Below, piece after piece: positions 1 to 7,934 of a stretch of 64,000 nucleotides of DNA. This DNA comes from Defluviicoccus sp. GTDB lineage: Bacteria; Pseudomonadota; Alphaproteobacteria; MPNO01. The position numbers were made by a program, and so were the translations under genes. The notes below the pieces were generated by a model that worked only from the letters and a program-made list of their open reading frames with translations, ran no database searches and was not told the DNA's origin. Location: NCBI GenBank assembly GCA_028821395.1, contig JAPPGP010000044.1:6196-70195 (forward strand), given 5' to 3'. Position 1 is the first letter of the stretch, and each line of letters opens with the position of its first letter.

Positions 1-1
1 C

Positions 2-88
2 CCCTATATCGGCTGCGCCTTCGTGCTGCTGGCATTGCTGATCGCGGTGCCGGACGTGGTGCTGTTCCTGCCCGGGCTGATGGGCTGA
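2..88 (+). CDS. 3' end of a gene truncated by the window edge; hydrophobic membrane-protein tail, possibly a transporter permease
   Basis: Open frame from the window edge reads ...PYIGCAFVLLALLIAVPDVVLFLPGLMG*, with TGA at 86-88. The hydrophobic C-terminus is reminiscent of TRAP large permeases. It is too short to assign. Confidence 0.3.
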   Translation, partial: PYIGCAFVLLALLIAVPDVVLFLPGLMG

Positions 89-99
89 GGAGAGGGAAA

Positions 100-789
100 A
101 TGACCCAAAATAGCTTCCGCGCGGCGCTGCAGGGCGTCGTCGATGCGCGCCACCAGGCGGATCACCCGCTGATCGACAGATGGGCGGCCGGCGAGGCCAA
201 GCGCGAGACCGTCGCCGGCGCCATCCGGGAGCACTGGTACTGGATCGGCAATCTGATCCCGGCGGCGCTGTTCAACATCTGCGCCACCGCGCCGGAGGAC
301 GTGGTCGAGATGGAGATGGAGAACTACCGCGAGGAGACCGATCCGGCCAACCCGCATGTCGAGCTGCTGCTCCGGTTCTGCGAGGCCTGCGGCATGACCC
401 GCGAGCAGCTCGCCGCCGGGCGCGGCCTGCCGACCACCGAGTGCTGGCTCAACTGGGAGCTCAACACGTCCGCCACGCAGCACTGGATCGCCGGCGTCGC
501 CGGGGTGCATATCGCGAGCGAGGCGCAGGAGCCCCGGCTGTTCTCCAAGGTGCTGCCGGCGCTGCGCGAGACCTACCGCTTCACCGAGCACGAGCTCGAA
601 TACTGGTGGGAGCACGCCGAGGCCGACATCGAGCATGGCGGGCGCGCCTTCGAGATCCTGGTCAAGCACTGCGACACGCGCGAGAAGCAGGACATGGCGC
701 TGCACTACGCGAGCGAGGGCGCGCGGCTCAAATACATGTTCTGGGACGGCATCAACCTGCATTACGAGGTCGGCTACCGCCTGCAATAG
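100..789 (+). CDS. PqqC/TenA-type heme-oxygenase-like fold protein (iron-containing redox enzyme family)
   Basis: 229-aa ORF with an SD-like GGAGAGGGAAA just upstream of the ATG. The helical Glu/His/Trp-rich sequence (EHWYWIGNLIP, EMEMENYREE, HVELLLRFCEACG, EHAEADIEHG) resembles PqqC/TenA-like proteins. Confidence 0.65.
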   Translation: MTQNSFRAALQGVVDARHQADHPLIDRWAAGEAKRETVAGAIREHWYWIGNLIPAALFNICATAPEDVVEMEMENYREETDPANPHVELLLRFCEACGMTREQLAAGRGLPTTECWLNWELNTSATQHWIAGVAGVHIASEAQEPRLFSKVLPALRETYRFTEHELEYWWEHAEADIEHGGRAFEILVKHCDTREKQDMALHYASEGARLKYMFWDGINLHYEVGYRLQ

Positions 790-795
790 CGGCGC

Positions 796-2133
796 TCAGA
801 GCTTGATCGAGACCAGATATGTCGCGATCGGCGGGAAGGCGATGACCAGGATGAGGACGAACAGCATCGCCAGCGCAAACGGCGCCGAGCCGACGAAGAT
901 GTCCTTGAGCGTGATATCGGGGCGCGCCAGCGTCGAGTGCACCACGTAAACCGCGATCCCGAGCGGCGGGGTGAGCAGTCCGATCTCGGTCGCGATCACG
1001 GTGACGATGCCGAACCACACCAGGTCGATCTCGAAGAACTTGAGCGCCGCCAGGAACAGCGGCACCATGATCAGCATGATCGAGACCGAGTCGATGATGG
1101 TCCCGAGGATGATCACCACCAGCACGTAGAACGCCAGCATGCCGTAGAACCCGGCGCCGAGATTGTCGAAGATCGCGGCCATCTCGGACGGCAGGCCCGA
1201 CATGCCGAGCATCCGGGAGTACATGCTGGCCGAGCAGATCAGGAACAGGAGGGTCGCGGTGATGTTCCCGGAATCGAGCAGCACGTTCCAGAAGCTGCGC
1301 CAGGTGAGCGCGCGGCGGGCCAGCGCGAAGATCAGCGCCAGCAGCGCGCCCGCCGCGCCCGCCTCCACCGGCGTGAACACCCCGCCATAGAGCCCGCCCA
1401 GCACCAGGAGCACGAGCGAGGTGATCGGCAGCGCCTTGCGCCACAGATCGCCGGCGCTGAGCGACGGCTCCTCCGCGTCGGCGCTGTCGGCGGCGGCCTC
1501 GCGGACGGCCTGGACGGTGCGCGGGAACAGCGTCGCCATGATGTAGATCAGCCCGCAGAAGGCGATCGTCAGCAGGATGCCCGGGCCGATCCCGGCGATG
1601 AACAGATCGCCCACCGATTCCTCGGCGATCAGCGCGTAGATGATCAAGAGCACGCTCGGCGGGATCAGCATGCCGAGCACCGAGGACCCGGCGACGGTGC
1701 CGACCGCGAAGCGCCCGTAATAGCCGTGCCGCATCATCTCCGGGACCGCGACCTTGGAGAATACCGAGGCCGAAGCCACCGAGGCGCCGGTGATCGAGGC
1801 GAAGATCGCGTTGGCCACCACGGTCGCCATGCCGAGCCCGCCGCGCACCTTGCGCAGCATGATCTGGCCGATGTCGTAGGCGTCCCGCCCCATCCCGGCG
1901 GCGGCGACCAGGAACCCCATCAGCACGAAGAGCGGGATGACCGCGAAGACGAAGTTGTTCACCGTCTTCTCGGCGGCGATCAGCAGCAGGCTGAAGGCGA
2001 TCGCCGCGTTGCCCTTGATCACCCAGGCGCCGACGAAGGAGATCAGCGCCAGCGTCACCGAGATGTGCATGCCGAAATAGATCAGCAGCAGCATCGCGAA
2101 CACCGACACCAGGGCGATCTCGAAGGCTTCCAT
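796..2133 (-). CDS. dctM: TRAP transporter large permease
   Basis: Polytopic 445-aa protein starting at ATG 2133 (MEAFEIALVSVFAMLLLIYFG...). The ORF-track start at 2307 adds an Arg/Gly-rich extension that overlaps dctQ and is rejected. Confidence 0.9.
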   Translation of the reverse strand: MEAFEIALVSVFAMLLLIYFGMHISVTLALISFVGAWVIKGNAAIAFSLLLIAAEKTVNNFVFAVIPLFVLMGFLVAAAGMGRDAYDIGQIMLRKVRGGLGMATVVANAIFASITGASVASASVFSKVAVPEMMRHGYYGRFAVGTVAGSSVLGMLIPPSVLLIIYALIAEESVGDLFIAGIGPGILLTIAFCGLIYIMATLFPRTVQAVREAAADSADAEEPSLSAGDLWRKALPITSLVLLVLGGLYGGVFTPVEAGAAGALLALIFALARRALTWRSFWNVLLDSGNITATLLFLICSASMYSRMLGMSGLPSEMAAIFDNLGAGFYGMLAFYVLVVIILGTIIDSVSIMLIMVPLFLAALKFFEIDLVWFGIVTVIATEIGLLTPPLGIAVYVVHSTLARPDITLKDIFVGSAPFALAMLFVLILVIAFPPIATYLVSIKL

Positions 2134-2138
2134 GGCGG

Positions 2139-2654
2139 CTACGGCGCCGGGCGGAGCAGCGCCCGCGCGCTGCCCGCGGCGAGCGCCAGGAACTGGAGCC
2201 CGGTCAGCGTGCAGCCGAGGAACACCACCAGCAGCCGCGGCCAGTCCGGGAAGGTGAACACGCCGACCACCCCGACATAGAAGTCGAGTTCGTAGGACTT
2301 GATCCATTTTGGCCAGGCGCCGCGCACGATCGCCCCCATCAGGGCGGCGCCCGCGAGGTAGAAGACCAGGGACAGGAAGTGGCCGATGCGCGGGAAATTG
2401 GCGATCAGCCGGTTCAGCACGGCGTCGGAGCGCGTCATGCTGCCCGAGCGCAGGGTGTAGGCGAGCTGCAGATAGAGCACGGCGACCACCGACATGGTGA
2501 CCAGCTCGGTGGCGCCGTTGATCGGCGCGTTGAACAGGAAGCGCATGACGATGTCGGCCGAGATCGCCAGCATCATGACGAAGATCCAGGCCGAGCCGAG
2601 GCTGTTGCCCGAGATGACGAGCACCCCGAGGACGCGGTCGAGAGTCTTCACCAT
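2139..2654 (-). CDS. dctQ: TRAP transporter small permease
   Basis: 171-aa protein with about 4 TM segments, ending 5 nt upstream of the dctM start. This is the typical DctQ size and position. Confidence 0.85.
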   Translation of the reverse strand: MVKTLDRVLGVLVISGNSLGSAWIFVMMLAISADIVMRFLFNAPINGATELVTMSVVAVLYLQLAYTLRSGSMTRSDAVLNRLIANFPRIGHFLSLVFYLAGAALMGAIVRGAWPKWIKSYELDFYVGVVGVFTFPDWPRLLVVFLGCTLTGLQFLALAAGSARALLRPAP

Positions 2655-2692
2655 GGCCCGGGCCGGGTCACGCCGGCGGCCGACGCAAATCC

Positions 2693-2730
2693 GTCACCCC
2701 GGCCTTGCCCGGGGTCGAGCCCGGGGTGAC
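2693..2730. repeat. Perfect 10-bp inverted repeat (REP-like hairpin) in the dctP-dctQ intercistronic gap
   Basis: GTCACCCCGG (2693-2702) and CCGGGGTGAC (2721-2730) flank an 18-nt spacer that also contains a CCCGGGG core. The element sits inside the 219-nt dctP-dctQ gap. Confidence 0.6.
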
Positions 2731-2873
2731 ATGGGGGTCTCGGGGCGCCCCTCGATACGGCGCCGACGCGCCCGGTCCGGATGAGGGAATCTTTCTGGCC
2801 GGTTTCCAGAACACCCTCACCCCGAGCGGCCGCGAAGCGGCGTATCGAAAGGTGCACCCGATCGATTCGCCTT

Positions 2874-3947
2874 CTACTCGCGGTCCCAGTTGCGGGTGAC
2901 GAGCTGCTTCTTGTCCCGCATGTAGTCCATGTAGCTCGCCAGCATCTTGGTGCCGGGGAGCCCCGCCTTGTCCTGACGCTTGGCCCATGCCTGCGCGATA
3001 TTGGGGATCGCGAAGGCCCAGGTCTTCTTCTCCTCCGCCGACAGCTCATGGGTCTGCTGGCCGTACTTCTTCTCGCAGACGCCGAGGCCCCACTTGCCGC
3101 CGCCGATGATCTTCTGGTTGCCGGCCGCCGACCAGGTGGCGGTGGCCTCCTGGATCGCCGCCTGCACCTCGCGCGGGATCTTGGGCCAGGAGTCCGTATT
3201 CGCAGTCAGGAGCGCGTTGGCGACCGCCCCGAACCCGGCCGCCAGCTTGTACCTGGTGATCTCGCAGAACTTGAAGCCCGCCATCGCCTGCTGCCACAGC
3301 ACGCCGCCCTCGTAGATGCCGGTCTTGAGCGAGTTGTACATCGTCGCCAGGCCCTTGATCACGACCGGCGTCGCGCCCGCCGCCGTCACCCAGGGAATGT
3401 TCGCGCCCACGGCGCCGATCTTCATGCCCTTGAGCTCGGTGAACTTGGTGATCTTCTTCTTGGTCCAGAGCTCGTAGAAATCCGCCGTTCCGGTGATGCC
3501 GAGCAGCGACTGGTTGAAGCGCTCCACCTGTTTCCCCATCGCCGGGTATTTTGCGTACAGATCGTTCATCGCGTCGGTCGCCACCTGGACGTCGAGCGTG
3601 GTGAACGGCGTGACATAGGCGATCTGGTAGAGCGACAGCTCCGACTGGTGGAACGGTCCCGGCACCACGCCGAGATCGCCGAGCCCGGTCTGCACCCCGT
3701 CCAGCTCGCCGCGCACCTTGACGATCTGACCGCCGAAGCCGAGCACCCAGGAGACCTCGTACTTGCCGGTCTTGGCGAGGATCTCGTTGACCTTCGGGGC
3801 GAAGTCCTTGATCGCCGCGCCGACCGGCGCGTAGTTGTGGTTGTTGCCCGAGATGATGGTCAGGCGCACCTTCTCGGCCGCTCCGGCCGTGCCCCCTGCC
3901 AATGCCGCGATCGCCAGCGCGGCGGCGATGAGTCCGGTTCTCTGCAT
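2874..3947 (-). CDS. dctP: TRAP transporter substrate-binding protein (DctP family)
   Basis: Starts at ATG 3947, preceded by AAGGGAGA. It has a signal peptide (MQRTGLIAAALAIAALAGGTAGAAEK), is about 357 aa, and lies upstream of dctQM. Confidence 0.85.
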   Translation of the reverse strand: MQRTGLIAAALAIAALAGGTAGAAEKVRLTIISGNNHNYAPVGAAIKDFAPKVNEILAKTGKYEVSWVLGFGGQIVKVRGELDGVQTGLGDLGVVPGPFHQSELSLYQIAYVTPFTTLDVQVATDAMNDLYAKYPAMGKQVERFNQSLLGITGTADFYELWTKKKITKFTELKGMKIGAVGANIPWVTAAGATPVVIKGLATMYNSLKTGIYEGGVLWQQAMAGFKFCEITRYKLAAGFGAVANALLTANTDSWPKIPREVQAAIQEATATWSAAGNQKIIGGGKWGLGVCEKKYGQQTHELSAEEKKTWAFAIPNIAQAWAKRQDKAGLPGTKMLASYMDYMRDKKQLVTRNWDRE

Positions 3948-4031
3948 GGCTTCTCCCTTCGCATGTGCCTTGTCGTGCCGAATCGCTTTTCGCGATCTCG
4001 GCTTCGATACCACAGCAATTGCCCGGACCGG

Positions 4032-4061
4032 TCAAGCGCGCCGCCGTGACAGCCCGCGCCG
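4032..4061. repeat. Left copy of the imperfect direct repeat flanking the low-GC islet
   Basis: TCAAGCGCGCCGCCGTGACAGCCCGCGCCG matches 5431-5460 at 26 of 30 positions. The perfect 17-nt core is GCCGCCGTGACAGCCCG (4040-4056). Confidence 0.5.
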
Positions 4062-4231
4062 ACATCCCCGTAGTCGGGCGGCGTCAAACGTCCACGAGGC
4101 GCCCCCGTGGAACAACGGCGAGAATTGGACACCGCCGAACAGATGGCAGGCATGTCTCGGGGGACGATCAGGACAGGGCTGCGCTACCGGTAGCTGGCAT
4201 CCCGGTCCGGTTATCCAAGTGGTCAGTCCGC

Positions 4232-4666
4232 TTATGAGCGGCGGTCTGGAGGATTGTTTGGAGGTTCTAGGTAGCGGCGGACGTAGTGGGTACCGAGACC
4301 GACGACGGCACCGCTCAATATGAAGTCCTTGATCCTTTGGAGTTCGTCAGGATCAAGCCATCGCGCTTTAGCACCAACCACCAGGTGCCAACCTAGCGTG
4401 AAAATACATGCGGCAGCCACGAACAATACCAGACCCGCCAGAAACCTCATCCAGCCTGCGAGCAGTGACCGCATCTTCTGTTCTCGGTCGTGCTCGCCCT
4501 TTACGCTCTCCTTATAAAAGTCGCGTTCTTCCTTCTCGGCATCGGTCTTCCCGGTCGGTACGGGAAAGCGGCCCCTGGGCGTTGGCGTTGGGGTGGGAGT
4601 CGGAACGGTTCTTGGCTGTCTGCCCGGTGGTCTAGGCGGCCCGGATCCGGGCGGCTGACTACTCAT
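4232..4666 (-). CDS. Small membrane protein of unknown family (Pro-rich N-terminus, charged segment, one strong TM); candidate toxin partner of the Panacea-domain gene
   Basis: 144 aa: MSSQPPGSGPPRPPGRQPRTVPTPTPTPTP... then LLAGWMRFLAGLVLFVAAACIFTLGWHLVV. Its ATG (4664-4666) lies inside the last codons of the upstream gene, giving an 8-nt overlap. Local GC content is low. Confidence 0.6.
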   Translation of the reverse strand: MSSQPPGSGPPRPPGRQPRTVPTPTPTPTPRGRFPVPTGKTDAEKEERDFYKESVKGEHDREQKMRSLLAGWMRFLAGLVLFVAAACIFTLGWHLVVGAKARWLDPDELQRIKDFILSGAVVGLGTHYVRRYLEPPNNPPDRRS

Positions 4667-5120
4667 CCTCAGCGGCTAAGCCTGCGTAGTGCTCTTCGAT
4701 CAGAGAATTCGGGATGATCGTGTTGCGCCCGTGCTCGTGCCAAATTCTGTGCCACGGCGTTCCGGGCTCGTGCGTGATCTGGGAAAGTTGAATCCCGGAG
4801 AAATCTTCATAGGCTCTATAGACCTGCTGCACCAGATCGCTTTCGATGAAGTCTAGCTCGGCTTTGGGAAAGTCGATCGGGGTCGTGATCGGCTTGCGAC
4901 CATGGACTTTTACCTCGTGGTATACGTCCGGGATGACGGGACCATATTGCCATGCCTCGGCTGGCTGAGCGGAGAGCGGCTGATGGTAGAGACCCAGCAT
5001 CCAGCCGTGACACAGGTAGGTCAGCTTTACCACTTGCAGCGGCGTGAGGGGGCGTTCATCCTGAATGCCCATTTGAATCAGGAGGTTAGCGATACCACGA
5101 GCATCATGTGCATCGGCCAT
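4659..5120 (-). CDS. Panacea / DUF4065 (SocA-like) domain protein, antitoxin-type
   Basis: 153 aa with the DUF4065-like pattern LQVVKLTYLCHGWMLGLYHQPL..AEAWQYGPVIPDVYHEVKVHG....LSQITHEPGTPWHRIW. It lies in the low-GC islet. Confidence 0.8.
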   Translation of the reverse strand: MADAHDARGIANLLIQMGIQDERPLTPLQVVKLTYLCHGWMLGLYHQPLSAQPAEAWQYGPVIPDVYHEVKVHGRKPITTPIDFPKAELDFIESDLVQQVYRAYEDFSGIQLSQITHEPGTPWHRIWHEHGRNTIIPNSLIEEHYAGLAAEDE

Positions 5121-5127
5121 ATCGAGC

Positions 5128-5156
5128 GCGCTAGCAGACTTTTTTTCTCATGTCAA
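5128..5156 (-). promoter_or_regulatory. Possible promoter of the islet operon; would give a near-leaderless mRNA
   Basis: The minus strand reads TTGACA (5156-5151), 17 nt, then TAGCGC (5133-5128), followed 7 nt later by the ATG at 5120. No SD precedes that ATG. The -10 element is weak. Confidence 0.25.
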
Positions 5157-5430
5157 GTATTTCCTCGACAATTCAGCGCCATGTTCGTCAGAAAATCACG
5201 GCGTCCTCGAATCATCAGGATGGGCCTTGGTCGGTTGATGGGTGGCTGGTGGCCGTCCACGGGCATAGCTTGCTTCCCTGCCTGAACCCCGTGAACGCGC
5301 ACTGCGGCTCACAGTCACGATATAGGGTAGACGCAAGCCCGGCAACAGAGGCCGTCACGCTTCTGTGAAGCGCCGAAGTCTTCGTCATGCCGGCTCACCC
5401 CGCCGATGGGGCACCATTCTACATGGGCTC

Positions 5431-5460
5431 CCAAGCAAGCCGCCGTGACAGCCCGAGCCG
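5431..5460. repeat. Right copy of the imperfect direct repeat flanking the low-GC islet
   Basis: CCAAGCAAGCCGCCGTGACAGCCCGAGCCG matches 4032-4061 at 26 of 30 positions. Confidence 0.5.
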
Positions 5461-5505
5461 GCGCCCGCATAATCCGCGGACGACCGATCAGCGAGAGGCG
5501 CTGCC

Positions 5506-6711
5506 ATGGACGCGCCCAGACACGACCTCGCCGCGCTCGACACCGACACTTGGCTCGCCCGGGTGGCGGAGGCCGGCCCGGTCGTCGAGGCGCTGGCGCC
5601 CGAGGCCGACCGCGCCCGGCGCCTGAGCGACGCGGCCATGGCGGCGCTGCACGACCAGGGGCTGTTCCGTCTGCTCCTGCCCATCGCCTATGGCGGCGCG
5701 GAGATGACGCTTCCCGTCTTCCTGCCGGTGGTCGAGGCGATAGCCCGCCACGACGGCAGCGCCGCCTGGTGCGTCGCCCAGGGCAATGGCTGCGCCTCGC
5801 TCGCCGGTTTCCTCGAACCCGCTCTGGCGCAGGAGATCTGGGGGCGGGACCCCTCCGCGGTGCTCGCCTGGGGGCCCGGCAAGGCCGAGGCGCGCGCCGT
5901 CGACGGCGGCTATGCCGTGACCGCGCGCACGAACTTCGCGAGCGGCAGCCACCATGCGACCTGGATCGCCGCCCATTGCACCGGGCTGGAGGCCGACGGC
6001 ACGCCGAGGCGCGATTCGAGGGGCGAGCCGGAGATCCGCACCGTCCTGGTCCCCGCCGGCACCGTGACGCTGTCCGACGGCTGGGACGCGGTGGGGCTGC
6101 GCGGTACCGGCAGCGACGGATTCGCCTGCGACGGCCTGTTCGTGCCCGAGGAGCGGACCATCGTCCGCGCCACGATGATCGACGACCGGCCGGCGATCTC
6201 CTCGCTGCACGGCATGCCGCTGATGTCGGTCTACGCGATCGGCTTCGCCGCCGTCGCCCTCGGCATCGCGCGCGGCCTGTTCGATGCCTTCGTCGCGCTG
6301 GCGCAGGAGAAGCGCCCACGCGGCGCCCGTTTCACGCTCAAGGAGAACCCGGCGGTGCACGAGGAGGTCGCCCGCGCCGATGCCAGGATCCGCGGCGCGC
6401 GCGCCTTCCTGGTCGAGGCAGCGGAGGCCGGCGCCGCCGATCTCGCCGAGGCGGGCCGCATGTCGGTGGACACGCTGATGACGATTCGGCTTGCCGGCAC
6501 GCATGCGATCGGCGAGGCTAAGGCGGCCACGGGCCCGCTCTTCGACACCGCCGGCACCAGCGCGGTCATGGCATCCAGCCCGTTCGAGCGCCGCTTCCGC
6601 GACATCCACGCCGTCGCGCTGCAGATGCAGGCGCGCAAGACCCACCTCCAGACCTGGGGCTCCTGGGCGCTCGGCGGCACGGTGACCTCGGACGGGGTGA
6701 ATGTGGGCTGA
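5506..6711 (+). CDS. Acyl-CoA-dehydrogenase-fold flavin-dependent monooxygenase (HsaA/HpaB-C2/DszC-like)
   Basis: 401 aa with SD GAGAGG. The ACAD-like layout includes LFRLLLPIAYGG, GYAVTARTNFASGS, GLRGTGSD and a C-terminal helical domain. Confidence 0.8.
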   Translation: MDAPRHDLAALDTDTWLARVAEAGPVVEALAPEADRARRLSDAAMAALHDQGLFRLLLPIAYGGAEMTLPVFLPVVEAIARHDGSAAWCVAQGNGCASLAGFLEPALAQEIWGRDPSAVLAWGPGKAEARAVDGGYAVTARTNFASGSHHATWIAAHCTGLEADGTPRRDSRGEPEIRTVLVPAGTVTLSDGWDAVGLRGTGSDGFACDGLFVPEERTIVRATMIDDRPAISSLHGMPLMSVYAIGFAAVALGIARGLFDAFVALAQEKRPRGARFTLKENPAVHEEVARADARIRGARAFLVEAAEAGAADLAEAGRMSVDTLMTIRLAGTHAIGEAKAATGPLFDTAGTSAVMASSPFERRFRDIHAVALQMQARKTHLQTWGSWALGGTVTSDGVNVG

Positions 6712-6739
6712 GTCGGAACGGAGCGAGCGGAGACCGGAC

Positions 6740-7933
6740 ATGGACATCGAAGCGCTTGTCGGCCGGCTGGACCGGCGTTTCCTGATCGACACGCTGGTCG
6801 AGCTGGCGCGGGTGCCGGCCGATGTGCCGATGGGGCACGAGGTGTTCATCGAGCCCGACGACCCGAAGCTGGTCCACTACGTCCAGCAGGTGCTCAGGCC
6901 CGGGCTCGCCCGGGCCGGCGCCTACGACCTGATCGACGTGCCGGGCAACCAGATCGTCGCGCGCCACGGCGCCGGGACCAACGGCAGGACGCTGCTGGTC
7001 CAGGTCTACACCCCGGTGCAGCACCACAACCTGATGGACGATCCCTGGTCCGGGAAGATCGCCTCGGGCGCCGCCTGGGGGCGCGACGAGCCCTGCGTGT
7101 TCGGCATGGGGGTGGGGCAGAACAAGTCGCACCAGGCGATCGCGCTCGCCATCCTCAAGCTGCTCGCCGACACCGGGACGGAGCTTCCCGGCACGCTCTA
7201 CGTGGCGATCAACAACGAGGGGCGGTCGAGCCACAAATGCTCCGAAGCGATCTTCGCTGCGCTGGATGCGAAGCCGGATTTCGCGCTGCTGATGACCGCG
7301 ACCGGCGAGCGGATCTCGATGGGCAATCGCGGCCGGGTCGACGTCAACGTCACGGTGCGGGGCCAAGCCGTCCATTCGAGCGTGCCGGATACCGGGCTGA
7401 GCGCCATCGACGGGGCGTGGGAGGTCATGAGCCGCCTCAAGCGGATGCGTTTCGAGGGCACCCACGAGCTGCTCGGCGGCCGCCACGCGTTGCCCTACCA
7501 GATCGCGTATTCGCCGCTCGCGCCGCACACGATCCCCGACACCGCGCGGATGCGGATCGACCGGCGCCTGCTGCCGGGCGACGATCCGGCGGCGGCCACC
7601 GAGGAGGTGCGGCGGGCGATCGGCGACCTCTCCCCCTGGGCCGTGACGGTCGAGCAGGGCCACCACATGTGGCCGGCCCTGGTCGATCCCGACAACCCGG
7701 TGGTCCGCCTGCTCGCCGAGGCGCATGAATCGGTCCACGGCGAGCCGCCCGGGACCTATTACGGGCAGGGGACGTTCGACGCCGGCGGACCCTGCGCGGC
7801 CGGGGTCCCGGCGGTGATGTACGGCGTCGAGGGCGGCGCCGGCGTGCTGGACACCGACCTCGTCGCGCTCTCCTGCCTGGAGCGGGTGGCGCGCGTGGTC
7901 GCGCGGACGATCCTTACCTGGCTCGGAGGCTGA
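6740..7933 (+). CDS. M20-family metallopeptidase / deacylase (ArgE/DapE-like)
   Basis: Starts at ATG 6740 (MDIEALVGRL...). It shows an M20-like catalytic plus dimerisation domain pattern (GRVDVNVTVRGQAVHSS, GTFDAGG). It starts 28 nt after the previous stop. Confidence 0.75.
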   Translation: MDIEALVGRLDRRFLIDTLVELARVPADVPMGHEVFIEPDDPKLVHYVQQVLRPGLARAGAYDLIDVPGNQIVARHGAGTNGRTLLVQVYTPVQHHNLMDDPWSGKIASGAAWGRDEPCVFGMGVGQNKSHQAIALAILKLLADTGTELPGTLYVAINNEGRSSHKCSEAIFAALDAKPDFALLMTATGERISMGNRGRVDVNVTVRGQAVHSSVPDTGLSAIDGAWEVMSRLKRMRFEGTHELLGGRHALPYQIAYSPLAPHTIPDTARMRIDRRLLPGDDPAAATEEVRRAIGDLSPWAVTVEQGHHMWPALVDPDNPVVRLLAEAHESVHGEPPGTYYGQGTFDAGGPCAAGVPAVMYGVEGGAGVLDTDLVALSCLERVARVVARTILTWLGG

Positions 7934-7934
7934 G

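Noticed and set aside
796-2307. Long N-terminal extensions in ORF-track entries (796-2307, 2874-4013, 26979-29144, 40286-43012, 53040-54263, 54005-56161, 13046-15889)
   Set aside because: The upstream portions are Arg/Gly/Pro-rich, overlap neighbouring genes and lack SD sequences. Internal ATG or GTG codons with SD sequences and family-typical N-termini give the starts used in the feature table.
5150-5368. 72-aa plus-strand ORF in the islet's upstream non-coding region, a possible third islet gene
   Set aside because: It has no SD (preceded by TTTTTTTCTC), no recognisable domain, and is short enough to arise by chance in lower-GC sequence. It may be worth re-checking if ribosome profiling becomes available.
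5315-6319. 334-aa extremely Arg-rich ORF, plus overlapping ORFs 5406-6521 and 5488-6849
   Set aside because: These are alternative or antisense frames of the ACAD-fold monooxygenase gene. A composition above one-quarter Arg by eye is not protein-like.
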